Positions 11,654 to 25,250 of a DNA stretch of 45,695 bases are shown here, one piece after another (position 1 is the first letter of the stretch; each line of letters opens with the position of its first letter). Source of the DNA: Octopus bimaculoides (lineage: Eukaryota). The stretch lies in the NCBI RefSeq assembly GCF_001194135.2, contig NC_068995.1, forward strand, positions 43,241,638 to 43,287,332, read 5' to 3'. The translations under genes were made by a program, and so were the position numbers. The notes below the pieces were generated by a model, which was given only the letters and a program-made list of their open reading frames with translations, was not told where the DNA came from and did not search any database.

Positions 11654-12950
11654 TACCGTATATTCTCGTGTAAAAGTCAAAGTTTTTACACCATTTTTTT
11701 AAGGTCAAGTTTATGGGATCGACTGTTACATGGATACTACTTTTGAGGGGGTGAAAACCAAACTAGAATCCGAAGTGCCATAGCAGCAGCAGAAACCCAA
11801 CCGCTATCTAAGCGAATAAAAATAAAAACAATGAATAACAGTAATATCACCAATTTTATGCAACAAAACACTCATCTTAGTAAATATCAAAACCCATAAA
11901 CAAGACCTCGTAGCTCTTATAAATATTTACACTTTCTCTTTTATTTGTATCCAGCAAACTTAACAGACTAGCTGAGTGTAATCAATTTATATCTCATAAT
12001 TGTGCGATATTAACACCGGTAACATATCTACTCGGTACCGGCATGGCACTACCTACCGCAATACGCTGCGTACAGCAGATACCTGCTCGGCGTGATTCAC
12101 ATCGTAACTCTTCAATAACATTACAATATTTTCATATTCATGGTTAAAGTCACACTCATCACAAGTGTATTATGGCACAGCATATTTGTGGTGCATTTTT
12201 ATTTCTAATTAATTAAAGGCTGCTTAATGTATTAAATACCAACATCGATAAAAGAAGTAGAACCACATCACTTTCCACCACTAACAGTCTCCACCGAAAA
12301 CGCTTTTTTCTTGGTGGCTGGATTAGAGACTACTTTACCAATTCCTTTGTTGCATTTTTTTTTTTTTTATAAATTCAGTGAAGATTATAGCTCAAAATAT
12401 AAAAACAAATATCTAAATAATTAATAATGCCAGTAAAAACCAATAAATTATCATATTTTTTTTTTATTTATGCAAACAAAAAGTGAAGTAGAAATTTACG
12501 GAAATACAGCTTTTAATTATAATTACGGTACGTGATAGATCTTAAAAATGTTATGCACAAAAGTTCAATAAATTCCTCTAAAAAATTATGCTGTTCATCA
12601 TCTTCACCATTGAATAAAGCTTCGTAATAATCAGGATGAATGATATTGTCATAAGGATTCCCTTCCTCTTCATCTCCGCTGTCCATAATTAGAGGTAGCA
12701 CAGCATCCACTTCTTCATTTTTATAGTGGTGTTTAATGTTGTTCGTTGACTTTGCTGTCTGTGAAACACTTTTCTCACCATGTAAACAGACGAGCGTATG
12801 ACACATGTGTTTATTGTATTGGGAGATGAGGAAAATATAGATGTCGCATGGGAACCACTGATCTAGCAATTAATTGGATGTCTTTAGGATGATCAAAATC
12901 ATGCTTTTGCTCGAGTTCAGACAGTTGCGTTTACCAGTGTTTGCTAATAG
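11654..12950 (-). mobile_element. Probable pogo/Tc2-like (Tc1/mariner superfamily) relic
   Basis: Terminus TA|CCGTATATTCTCGTGTAAAAGTC with an internal gggatcgact...tac echo, resembling Tc2-type ends. Minus-strand acidic tail ...YEALFNGEDDEQHNFLEEF and SYARLFTW resemble pogo transposase C-termini. Joining both parts into one element is an inference. Confidence 0.4.
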
Positions 12951-12966
12951 AGCTGTCTGAGAAACA

Positions 12967-13204
12967 CGTTTCTTATTTCTTTACTGCCCACAAGGGGCTA
13001 CACACAAAGGGGACAAACAAGGACAGACAAACGGATTAAGTCGATTATATCGACCATAGTGCTTAACTGGTACTTATTTAATCGACCCTGAAAGGATGAA
13101 AGGCAAAGTCGACCTCGGCGGAATTTGAACTCAGAACGTAGCGGCAGACGAAATAACGCTAAGAATTTCGCTCGGCATGCTAACATTTTTGCCAGCTCGT
13201 CGTC
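12967..13204 (-). mobile_element. Full-length tRNA-derived SINE (family A) with target-site duplication
   Basis: A-box-like GAGCTGGCAAAAATGTTAG, B-box GAGTTCAAATTCC, core GCCTTTCATCCTTTCAGGGTCGATT, tail GTGGGCAGTAAAGAAAT. Direct repeat gtctgagaaaca at 12955-12966 and 13202-13213. Confidence 0.9.
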
Positions 13205-13213
13205 TGAGAAACA

Positions 13214-13336
13214 GTGGTGGTGGTGGTGGAGGTGGCAGCGGCGGCGGCAGCTGCAGCAGTAGTAGCAACAGCAATAGTAGTAGTAGTAGTAGTAGTTATT
13301 GTTGTTGTTGTTGTTGTAGTAGTAGTAGTAGTAGTA
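13214..13336. repeat. Compound trinucleotide microsatellite (GGT/GGC/AGC/AGT/TGT)
   Basis: Direct. Source of the poly-G/S/C/Y ORFs. Confidence 0.95.
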
Positions 13337-13882
13337 CAAGGAGGAAATTTGCTAATGTGTCACCACGTAATAATGGAAATTGTTTAAGCACACTGAATAC
13401 CAGCAAAACTAGCATACGCAACCCCAAGGATAGCAGGGTTGCAGTTTCCAGCTTCTTGTGCGCTAGCGTTGTATCTGTTATCGTTTCGGCGTCTTCAGAA
13501 TGTAATTTTTTCTCCCCCTCCCCACCTCATTCTTGTATATTCGTTGCTCTTTATCTCGCAATCACCGACGACTGCCGATTGGTGGAGTTGCCACCACTTT
13601 AACCGATCTATTTTTGGTGTCGGAGGCATATGTCGAACGGCCAAGAAACCAGCCTGGTGGAAGAGGCCATTTCGATTGTCACCTGAAGGAGTGTATGTGC
13701 TCCGTTTATCTCCCCTTAAAGTTATGCCGTCAGATGCTTCAGGCTGGTTGTATACGCAAATCTATCTATCGATCTATCTATCTATCTCCCTACCTACCTA
13801 CCTACCTACCTACCTACCTACCTACCTACCTACCTATATACATACCTACTTACCTATCTTTCCATCTATGTATCTACCTATG

Positions 13883-13913
<31 letters not shown>

Positions 13914-14508
13914 CTATCTATCTATTTATCAAGCTGATTGTCCATCTACAAATATATATATTTAACTTAGCCGTGTAAATGCCGAACAGCAGTTCAGAAT
14001 GCATGTCTTATAAGTTTCTTACTTGGTGGATATATTCAAACATGAAGGGTTTTTTTTTTTGTTTTATTGTTACTTTTTGTTATCCATTTCGTGTGGCTGT
14101 GTTGCGTCAGCTGGACAGACCTGTACTGGAAGCCAATCAATCAGGAATATTTGTTGTTTGCTTAGCAGAGATTTGATTCTCCAATGGAAAATTTTACTGC
14201 TATACGATGTTATGTAATTTGGTGTAGATTGGTTAACTTCGCAGGTTTATCGACCGTTAAGATCATCACTACATAAAATAGAGACGCTGCAGTTTAGCGC
14301 AGAATTAGAAAACCTACGATAAAGACTTGTGGCAAGGTTACAAACAGGTCTGCTTCTTACTCATCAAATCAATCTTTTATTTCCAACGTGTGTATCCTGT
14401 TTGTTCTCCTGGTCATTGAGCTTCAATTTCAACCGTTGCAAGTGACTGCATACAAGCTTGATAATATATGTGCAGTGTGCATGTGTGTGTGTCTTTTTGT
14501 ATGTGTGT

Positions 14509-14548
<40 letters not shown>

Positions 14549-14652
14549 TCATCAAAATTAACTACCTTGCAAACTATTTCTCTTTACTTGTTAGCTAAAA
14601 GAGAACGCTGCTTCTGGAAAATTTTGTATATAAAGACTGAAACACAGAGAAA

Positions 14653-14687
<35 letters not shown>

Positions 14688-14776
14688 AGATACACACGCA
14701 CACACGCGCGCACACACACGCACACACACACACATATATATATATGTATATATATATGTATGTATATATGTATGTA

Positions 14777-15262
14777 TTCTTTTATTCTCTTATTCTTTTA
14801 TTATTTTACATGTTTCAGTCATTTGACTGCGGCTATGCCGGAGCACCTGATTTATTTGAAGAAAGCGACCCGAGGACTTATTCTTTGTATTCCTGGTATT
14901 TATTCTATCGGTCCCTTTTGCCAAACCGTTATGTTACGAGGATAGAAACAAACCAAAAACGGTTGTCAAGCGATGGAGGGGGACAAACGCAGACACAAAG
15001 ACACACACATACACACTCATATATATATATGTTTATATGTACGTATGTATATATGTATATGCATAATTTGGGATTCCTTCAGTTTCCATGTATCAAATCA
15101 ACTCACAGTAGACCTGCTCAATGCGCAATGGGAATGAATTCGGTACTATGAAGTTTGCGAGCAAACTTCTTAACACACAACAACGCTCGCGCTATATGTA
15201 TGTATGTGCATCGGTATATACATACATAAATGCATAGCACACATGCATGCAAAAGATATATG

Positions 15263-15298
<36 letters not shown>

Positions 15299-15303
15299 CG
15301 TGT

Positions 15304-15335
<32 letters not shown>

Positions 15336-15478
15336 GCATGCGACAGACTTCTTTCATTTTCAGTCTACAATATCCATTCACGAGGCTTTAGTCAGGCCGA
15401 AACTTCAGTAGATATACTTGCCCACAGTACCATGCTATGGAACTGAACTCGGAACCATGACGTTAGGAGAAGGTCTTT
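14777..15478 (-). mobile_element. tRNA-derived SINE family B: one tail half (14777-15000) plus two head halves (15065-15192, 15335-15478) separated by TA/TG microsatellites
   Basis: Tail tgtttcagtcatttgactgcggctatgc...gtcaagcgat. Heads contain ttcagt(t/c)t...tcac and gaactgaactcggaaccatg, matching the copies at 28767 and 29972. Confidence 0.75.
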
Positions 15479-15810
15479 TGATAAAAAATTCTTCGCCCCT
15501 AACCTTCACCAATATACTTTCCGTGGTGGAGCCTTGTTGAAATCAAAACTCTCCTAATTTTCCGTGACGTTAACACAAAACACTGGCTACTGTCCGGTTG
15601 TCTCTACAACTGCTACTGTTGTTGTTGTTGTTGATGTTGTTTCCGTTTTTGTTTCATGTATTCAAGTTCATATCTTCAGTTTCATTATACTTTTTCCATG
15701 TATGTTTGACATTGAGATATTTCGAGCTTTCTGTTTTCTTGTTTGTTTGATATTTTTAGTACCTGTGTCAATATTTGTTAAGGTAACTTTAGTATAACAA
15801 CCATAGCATG

Positions 15811-15811
15811 G

Positions 15812-15893
<82 letters not shown>

Positions 15894-15903
15894 TCTCTCT
15901 CTC
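15811..15903. repeat. (CT)n microsatellite
   Basis: Direct. Confidence 0.98.
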
Positions 15904-16245
15904 TTTGTACTCCCCTATCTCTCCCTCACTCTCTCCCTCTCTCCTTCAGATTCTTCAATACAATGTTGAATTAGGTATTATCGAACTATTCACAGATTTA
16001 CCTCCTGTATTTTCTCTTATCGAATCCTCAAAAAGCCCGTAATTTGTTTTTGCACAAACTAGAATGTTGAAACAGAAATTTGATAAATGTAAAAATTCTA
16101 GACATGTCATTAAATGAAACGGCGAGCTGTGTGGACATACGAACATTAAAAGTCCTTCCCCCGGATGAAATATTACAGTAACACCTCATTCTATATGAGA
16201 GCGAGTACGAAGACGCGTGTTCAGAAAAAACACATTAGAGCAAAT

Positions 16246-16294
16246 GCAACAACAACAATAATAATAGTAATACTACTATTACTACTACTACTAC

Positions 16295-16325
<31 letters not shown>

Positions 16326-16335
16326 TATAATTATA

Positions 16336-16366
<31 letters not shown>

Positions 16367-16418
16367 TTATTATTATTATTATTATAATTATAATAATGAT
16401 AATAATAATGATAATAAT
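16246..16418. repeat. Compound (ACA/ATA/CTA/ATG)n microsatellite
   Basis: Direct. Source of the poly-Ile/Leu ORF. Confidence 0.95.
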
Positions 16419-17073
16419 GCCCGGATGCTGTTACTGCAATGTGGACTTTGTACTTTTCCACTCCTGCTTTTCTCCTTCTCTTCTCTTGTATTGTTGCCAG
16501 TAATGGAGGGAAGGGGAGGAAAATCTTCCGCAGTGGGAAGAGCAGTTTTTCTTTCTCTCAAAATTTTCAAGACACTCTCCGCCATCTTGTTAAGTCTGTA
16601 TTTGATTAAGTTAAATAAAACGCCCACTGAACGTATTTGGTGGGACGAATATGTATCCCTTTGAGGGGGCCAAATAAATACAGAAAACCAGTGACACGTT
16701 CCTGGCGCTTCTATTGACAACTTAGAACAAAATGGATAGTGAAAAAAAAGCATTAAACTGGTTTTAAACTGACCCAACCTGGAGCGTTTCAAAACAAGTC
16801 CTATGTACACCACAGTGAATAACAATAATAATAATAATAATAATAATGAAGATGATGATGATGATGATACGTGAATCAATATTATTAAAAATAATATGTA
16901 AATATGAAGAGTATCTATAAGTGCAAGTGAGTATTATGTGTGCGAGTGTGTCTGGCGGGGTATGCAATCGGTTGTTTGAATATGTATGATAGAGTTCTGC
17001 TGCGTAAGGCATCTCTCTTGCACGCTACATACACACTCACTCGAACACAAACACACACAACACACACATACGT

Positions 17074-17123
<50 letters not shown>

Positions 17124-17243
17124 CACTGTTTTACACACACTGATACTAATATGTCTGTATGTATTTAATGTGTGCTTATACGTATATATAGCCATCTCTC
17201 TATCTAACTATTAGTCTGGCTTTCTGTCTGTCATTCTATCAAT

Positions 17244-17256
17244 CTATCTATCCATG

Positions 17257-17344
<88 letters not shown>

Positions 17345-17354
17345 CATCTATCTA
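17244..17354. repeat. (TATC)n tetranucleotide array
   Basis: Direct. Further arrays at ~13764-13925, 18698-18752 and 19022-19130. Confidence 0.97.
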
Positions 17355-17699
17355 ACGAAAGCGAATAATGAAATCTTATTGAATAGTAAAACAGCTATTT
17401 ACTGGAAGGCCAATCTATAGAGATAAATATGTTCTCATATAAGATAAACAAGCTTTTATGTTGACAGATTAGTAAATACGAGAGGGTAACTGCCGGCTAA
17501 AATGCAGAGAAATGCTATCTCAATTTTTGTGGTAGTGTGCTGAAAGTGTTTCTTTTATATAAGCATTTGAATGAAAATATGTTCTAGTGCATGACATGTT
17601 TAGACAAATCGTGGTCCTGTGCAATATAACGTTAGCGTGTGTGTATATATATATATATATATTTATAAATATATGTATGTATACATATATATATGTATG

Positions 17700-17764
<65 letters not shown>

Positions 17765-17772
17765 ATATATGC

Positions 17773-17829
<57 letters not shown>

Positions 17830-18696
17830 GCTGCGTATGTCTTTGTACTGTGCGCGCAAAATTTATCACTCATTGTGTAGAATGAGAGGTAAATTGTATT
17901 AATTATATTTTAGTAAGAAATATTTCCTATTGATTACATTCCTCGCCGCTAAAATCTAATACCGCCTCGGCAATTTCCGAAGTAATGTCGTCTGTTGAAT
18001 TTTTCCATTAGTGTTGCGTTTTACAGCGTGACAATGTTTTCCGCTTCATATTGTCTTCACATCAGGAAATCGTAGACAGCTGGACCTCGAGAGATCAACG
18101 CTAATAAATGTTTACAATTAGGAACAGAATTATGAACACATTTGGTCAGTAGTAAGTTATTTAATTATATTTTCATTAATTAAGCTAACACTATTAAAAC
18201 AATTAGTCCCGTGATGTGAATGTAGATCAGTCATGTAATTGGACATATGTTGTTTACGTATCCTGTGTGTATACATATCTGTGAACAGATCTTGTTTCTG
18301 TTTCACAGAATGGATTTGTTGCTTTCCTGTCATCTTAATGTTATTTTGTTTTATATGATATAATTACTTCGGTCATTCTCATAATTAATTCTACCATTAT
18401 CTTATATTGATGTTCCGGTGTTTATAGATAGTTTTCAGTAATGTTAGTTTAAAGTGGAATTTACACCTGAACTAAGCGGTATTAGTGGATCTATTATTAC
18501 TTTATGTATAACGATCACGAATGGGTAGTATTTTTCTACGGTCGTAAATTATTTGAGTGTTAAATTTTAATAAATACTACCGTAGTATAGTGATTGTTAC
18601 TGGAGGAAACTGAAGATCAGCGGAAGAGTTTGTATTCATCGTACCTATGTATAATTCGAAGATCTAGCCACATCACAAACGTGGGATACTCAAGAG

Positions 18697-18743
<47 letters not shown>

Positions 18744-19019
18744 GTCTATTTATCTTGCCTGCTCGCTTTGGCTATGTCAAGATGGTTTTTTTGTATTCTT
18801 CTTTCCCGGTAAGATTGTTTAAATGTTTAAACGTTGTCACAACAGTAATATGTCGGTTCTGCTGAAATGATATTTTCAGTAATTTTTCTGTATCCTTGTG
18901 CAGTTGAAGAGTGCTCTGCATTTTACAGTTAATGTAATGTTCGCATTACTTAAATAAATGGAGTGGCATGAAACGTGCGTACTGCATTAACCTTGAAAAT
19001 ACGTGTTACTTTTTAATTT

Positions 19020-19084
<65 letters not shown>

Positions 19085-19454
19085 CATCTATCTATCTAAC
19101 TATCTGTATGTCTATCTATTTATCTCTCTATCTATTTATCATTATATATATTCATACACACACACAGAGACACACATATATGTTGAAGAGTTAAGGAATG
19201 AAGTAGATAAGGTCAGAACTGCATATATTTCAGACCGAGCGGGATCTCGAAGTAAATATCAGAAGGCTACTCTTGAGGCCACGGATATCTCGATTAAATG
19301 AAAGTTTCAATTGTCGCTTGAATAGTTACCACTTCCTAGGTTCCACTCACTATGAAGTATATGTAGCCAGGATTTTATATTGTCCATTCCATAACACTTG
19401 CATTCTTATTGTCGTACCCGCCAACCCTGGCGGCTTACCGTGAAAAGTCTGAAC

Positions 19455-19514
19455 AAATTCCTGTAAGTGGATTTAGTAGACTGAAACTGAAAGCCCGTCG
19501 TATATATATATTTA

Positions 19515-19566
<52 letters not shown>

Positions 19567-19658
19567 TGTGTGTGTGTGCGTGTGTGTCCGTGCCGCCATC
19601 ACCGCCTGATGACGTGTTGATATGCTTATGTCTCCGTAATTTAGCTGTTCAGCCAAAG
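19455..19658 (+). mobile_element. SINE family B, partial (cut by gap)
   Basis: gtaagtggatttagtagactgaaactgaaagcccgtcgtata + (TG)n + atgtctccgtaatttagctgttcagc, colinear with 28767-29195. Confidence 0.75.
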
Positions 19659-20109
19659 NNNNNNNNNNNNNNNNNNNNNNNNNNNNNNNNNNNNNNNNNN
19701 NNNNNNNNNNNNNNNNNNNNNNNNNNNNNNNNNNNNNNNNNNNNNNNNNNNNNNNNNNNNNNNNNNNNNNNNNNNNNNNNNNNNNNNNNNNNNNNNNNNN
19801 NNNNNNNNNNNNNNNNNNNNNNNNNNNNNNNNNNNNNNNNNNNNNNNNNNNNNNNNNNNNNNNNNATACTCTAGAAATATAGTGGTACATTGTGTAACGT
19901 ATAGCTGTATCTAACTCATGCTTCATGTCGCTACTTTGCGTTTCGCATATTTTCGATCGATCACACAGTTCTACTAATCTATAAAGAAAATCATGTTTTA
20001 ACACCAGATGTCTCTGGCAACACGCTACTTCATTGGATAACAGGCAGCACATGTATTACACATATAAAGATCAACTAAAAAAAATGTCTCTTCACCTCAA
20101 TGCAAAAAT

Positions 20110-20910
20110 GTGCACTTAAGTCGATTGAACAGTTGTAAGTTGAGTTTAGTTTTAGCTAAGGTTTCCTTGGTAACGTTCTGTTACAAGTTGTATGTAAGGA
20201 AATGTCTTATTTTCTGACAGGAATATTGTGCATGGCTTCTTAGTAGACGTCATCATTATATTTAAAATTCAGTAAAATATCTTCTTAAATCGTGATTTGG
20301 CTGTAGTCTCAACAAGTCTGTACTTCCAAATCTATTAATGCAGTAATGCATTTGAAAGCTTCAAACTTGTACTATTCTGTATCTATTTAGGAGTAGGGGC
20401 GATTCTGTTCTTTAAGAAAACTAATATATTTGCAATGGAATGTGACGATACACAAATCGGTAGACTTAATGAATGGGCGCGTAGTATATCTCTTGTTACT
20501 CTCAACCAGCCTGTACTTCTGCTTTCTATAATGCAGCTTTTATATCGCATTTTCTATTGAAATGCATCTCTTTGGATTTGCACGTGAGTAGGTGTTTCGT
20601 GTTAGAAGATTTTCATTGTAATTTGAGATTTGTTACCTGACACTCTACATGCAGCAATAATTAGTCTTAACAGAATTTTGTTGTAGACTTTGTGAGGTGG
20701 GGAGGTCTGTACTGTTCAATATAAAGATTGAACAAACTTTCTGGATAATTGCTACCAATGAATAAAGTGAACGCAGTATTTTTTTCTATTTTTCTATTGC
20801 GAGTTATGTAGTAAGGGTAGAGGTATATATTTAAAATTCATGTTTAAATTAATTTTAACTAAAACGTTATTGTCGCGGGAGAGTGTATTTTTTATAGATT
20901 TCTCGTTTTC
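20110..20910. repeat. Degenerate tandem repeat, ~193-bp period, 3-4 units
   Basis: 20303-20343 vs 20495-20536 share tctcaac(a/c)ag(t/c)ctgtacttc...tctat..aatgcag. The motifs gagtagg and tag(a/t)cttaa recur at the same offsets. Outer units are weaker. Confidence 0.55.
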
Positions 20911-21492
20911 ATAGGATGTTGGATATGCAGCTGTTAATGTTTTCTGTTAATTTACTCTATGACTGTAATCAGATACTGGCGTTCTATTGATGTATATTGC
21001 TAATTTGTTGGATTTAATATAAGGGTGATGTATGCGCACGTTAAAGTTTAGCGTTGCAAATAGAATATTTGCATTCGGATTTGATTGGATTAATCATTTT
21101 TTTGCATGCTGGACTAATAGCAGTATCCGCCAGCGTAGGAGTTTTAAGACTTCACAGCTATTTCGCATCCTATAATAGGAATGGCTAGAGCAAACACAAA
21201 ATAGCATTAATTAGCACATTAATAGATATTGATCGCAAAATTACAATAAATGCAAAGCTATTTAATTAAATTTGTCAAGTGTTCAGCCAAGCAAAAGACA
21301 TATTTAATCCCTATTTAACTTATACATGAATAAACACACATGGGGTACAATGACCGTTATAAATTTATATATTTGTGTGCATGTTTGCGTTACTGTATAT
21401 GTGTGTGTTGTGTCTGTGTTGATGTATGTCTGACTATGTGCATGTTTGTCATTGTGCTCGGATGTAACTGGAAATTTTGATCAGTTTTATAT

Positions 21493-22070
21493 TACACAGA
21501 TGATTCAGGATTATTCAAACTTCATGCAAATTTGCCGAATACGATAGAACGTCTGCGTATTAATCGTTCAATACCTTCTGAAGGAGTAAACGAATGTTTG
21601 TGTGTGTGTGTTCGAGTGTTTTAATTTCCTTTTTAATCTAATCTATCAGAAATCATGAAAGAAGTCGGGTTAATTTTTGAAACAGGGAATTTTAACTTAA
21701 AATACTACTTAAAATTTGTAAATGCAGTCGAGGTGCACAAAGAGTTTAGGAGGACATTTCGATCCGTGTAAATCAACTTCATTTACACGGATCTCAACTC
21801 GAATTGGAGATACGTTTGAAGCAGGTGGAACTGTTCAGAATATTCTGAAGTAACGTTCTGGAAGACCATGAATATACCTACATAGCAAGAAAGTGTACTA
21901 GAATATAATTGAGAGAATTCGACTAAATTTGTACGGCAAGTGAGCTGTAAGATACAAATTTTAAATTGTTGCATCCATCGCATTTTGAAGCGCTGTAATT
22001 TGAAATATTACTTTCCAAGAATAATCTGCGCTGTCCATTAAGAGGAGGGTGTGGAAGGTCGATATTCTAC
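21493..22070 (+). mobile_element. Mariner-type transposon 5' relic (DUF4817-like HTH N-terminus)
   Basis: End tacacagatgattca. Translation LKYYLKFVNAVEVHKEFRRTF...GDTFEAGGTVQNI..RSGRP...VRQVS...CIHRILKR. Confidence 0.7.
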
Positions 22071-22211
22071 GAGAGGAGTCTGGTGAGACGTGTTGATGTT
22101 ACACACTTTACAACGAAAAATGGTTGGCGTGTTGATGCTACATTTAATTTAATAATTCAATTATCTAACACAATGCCAGCCAGTGGGACCCTGTGAATAT
22201 TAATAGTTTAT

Positions 22212-22444
22212 GTATTTCTTTATTGCCCACTTGGGGCTAAACATAGAGAGGACAAACAAGGACAGACAAAGGGATTAAATTGATTTAATCGACCCCAGTA
22301 GTTAACTGATACTTATTTTAATCGAGCCCGAAAGGATGAAAAGCAAATTCGACTTCGGTGGAATTCGTACTCAGAACGTAACGGCAAACGAAATACGGCT
22401 AAGCATTTCGCCCGGCATGGTATCGAGTCTCCGAGCTCCTCGCC
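22212..22444 (-). mobile_element. Full-length SINE family A
   Basis: Colinear with the 12967 copy over its whole length. Confidence 0.9.
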
Positions 22445-22932
22445 GAACTTTGTGAATTTTAATATTACGAAAAACATCAAGTTAATTTACCAGGAGTTAT
22501 ATTATGTGAGATTTATCACCAAATAATTATTTCTGGACAGTACTGTCAATGGCCATGGAATTTCATTTGCAACAAGGTGTGGTATCATACATTATCATAT
22601 TGATATAAAAGCCTGCTTTGATGAAATTTTGTCAGGCAGATGGAATGGATGAAGGGGATCAGTAGAATATCTTCCATATTTACTGGACCATACACAACTA
22701 GAGATTATTATTGGGTCACTTAAACCATAAAGTTTACAGTGCAAAACTCGGCAGTAACCAACAAAATGATGGCGGCGGTTGAATGAGAAATGCGTAGAAA
22801 TATAGAACGAAATATTTCTTGATGTTTGCGATTCCTTTGCTGCGCATTATCAGCAGTTGTTGCCAGATTAAATTTTACACCCAAGCATAAAAATACACTT
22901 ACACATGCACAAAATACACACACACACACAAT

Positions 22933-23552
22933 GTCATTAAACGTGACTAGGGTCTTAGGAAACATCTATTTTGCTAGAAATAATAGCTAAACCGCTCTAA
23001 TGGTGTCGTTAATGCACCTGCAGGAAAGCATATACACAAATAGGGACCATAAGCGTCCGAAAAGTGCCGATTGAGAATTCCTAATACTGACACATCAGTT
23101 TCGGCAGTTTTCGTTGCTTCATGAGTTAAGACAGCTCAACTGTTCGGCTTTTTCCAGATTCGCTTCACCGTTAGTATTTATGTTTTCGCGCCCTAATCAC
23201 ATTTAGTGATATTTGTAATTCTCCTTTTCGGTGAAACATTGTAAACTGCTGTCTATATTAATTTTATATTTACAAATTAGCGAATCGCTAAATCAGTCAA
23301 TTATTTGGATAAGGAAAACATTTCTATACTAATGGCGAAGCGTGTTCGGTCGAATTGTCTTAACAGATGAGGCAACGAGAATTGCTGAAACTGACACGTC
23401 AGTAGCAAGAATTCTTCATCGGCACTTTTCGGACGATTAAAATCCCTGTTAGTGTATATGTTTTTATGCATGTGCATTAACTACAGGATTAGAGCAGTTT
23501 AGTTCTTATTTATAGCAATGTGTTTCCTAATATACTAGTCACATTTAGTGAC
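22933..23552. mobile_element. Foldback/MITE-like element with ~250-bp inverted arms
   Basis: Left arm (~22933-23196) is the reverse complement of the right arm (~23310-23552), e.g. cgtccgaaaagtgccgat / atcggcacttttcggacg. Central palindrome ttagcgaatcgctaa. Confidence 0.85.
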
Positions 23553-23719
23553 AATTATACTTCTCCATTTTGATGAAATATTGCAAACTACTGTTTATAT
23601 TGATTTTTATACACACATACACTTATACATACATACATTCATACATACATATATATACATATATATNNNNNNNNNNNNNNNNNNNNNNNNNNNNNNNNNN
23701 NNNNNNNNNNNNNNNNNNN

Positions 23720-23765
<46 letters not shown>

Positions 23766-24691
23766 TCATCAGTAATAATGTACATATATTTCATTGAAGA
23801 AATCTATAAGTGTGTAAAGAAAAAGTTACGAAATATAAACACGTCATTGTAACAAAAGTAGAAAATAATAGCATTGGAAAGCGTTGAAAGGGAAGACTAA
23901 ACAAACACAGATAGAGCTTCTTTTAAAAAATAATTCACAAAATTTAGTTGATTGACGAGAATGAAGAATTCACGTAGTCAGATAAATTGTAACAGAACAT
24001 AAAATTTTGAATACTTTTCTCAGTTGACTATCCAAAGATTGCACGTTTATGTTGTAATCAATAAAAGTCAGTAAAACAATTCTTTATAGGTGTATTGTGT
24101 AAACTTCAAGGGTAATTAGAAAATAATTTAAAGACCGGATGAATGCTGCGCTCTAAGTCATGTGCAGAGAACATAATTTAACAGTAGTCCTCTCGCAAAG
24201 TTCCGAGGAATGTGTAAACATAAGTGTATGAGTGTGTGCAAATATGTACGTATGTGTGTATCATATGAGTATTTATATACATTTTACTTGTATATAATTA
24301 AGGTGACTATTAAACAGGGTCGCTACAGTGACGGCTACATTGCTCTCCACCGAAATTTAAAATGTCACCTGGGTAAACTATACCTTTTATGTTTTCCTGG
24401 TCGATAAATACCGTTCCTGCCCTGCGCTAAGACCGAAATCGCTTTTTCTCTCATTCTTCTGTCGTTTGGGGAGGCATATTGCAGGGAAGAATACCCTTCG
24501 ATTTTTCAAAAGATGAACACATCAGACAGTATGTGAAGAGGGCTCCTCTTTGCGTTCGCATGGTCCCACGAACAGAGAAGGCTATATATGCATATATAAA
24601 ACCTATCTATCTATATATCTATCTATCTATCTAACTATACACACACACATACACACACACACACACACACACAGAGGCACACATCACATGC

Positions 24692-24779
<88 letters not shown>

Positions 24780-24799
24780 TTAAGTTATAGACTTCTTTG

Positions 24800-25250
24800 A
24801 TGAGTGCGCGGACGTAATCCACATGCGAATGCAGGGGAGACGATTACTAATCAGACATCGAAGCAACCTTGTAGTTATTTGGGCTCCTTCTACTTCGTGG
24901 ACCTGCTCGAGTTCATTCACGGATATAGGCTACAAAATTCAGCACAACACCATGATCTTTGGTTGAGTCAGATTTTGTGATTCTACGCCAGATATTTCTA
25001 TCATCCTAAATGCTCGATCTTGCTGCAAAACACGCCGTCTTTCGTGCGATGAAGATGCAATGCCTTCCTCGCTCACGAGCTTCTGACAATTTTCGGACTG
25101 CATCTTTTGCCTCATTCGCAGCTTGTTCAGGATTTCTGAGTATCACGTTTAACCGTAGTTGTTAACAATTCTTTTAACATCTAACCCTATAGGTAGCTAC
25201 ATTGCCACCCATCAAAAGTTTTCACAAAGTCCATCCGACTCGATAAAGCT
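24800..25250 (-). mobile_element. Highly degenerate mariner-type transposase relic
   Basis: Minus strand YSEILNKLR and SKIEHLG in the order expected for the mariner catalytic domain. Many stops. Confidence 0.4.

Noticed and set aside
13478-13503. CTGAAGA-cgcc-GAAAC hammerhead-like core (minus strand)
   Set aside because: No stem II pairing, no cleavage triplet and no stem I.
14125-14235. Cluster of three CCAAT boxes as a promoter
   Set aside because: Short motifs expected by chance, with no linked TSS or gene.
15640-15682. CTGAAGA...CATGAAAC hammerhead-like core (minus strand)
   Set aside because: Only a 3-bp stem II, and no NUH site or stem I.
16440-16700. Minus-strand MAESVLKILRERKTALPTAEDFPPLP as an L1/Tx1 ORF1 start
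   Set aside because: Plausible, but too short and lacking a diagnostic motif.
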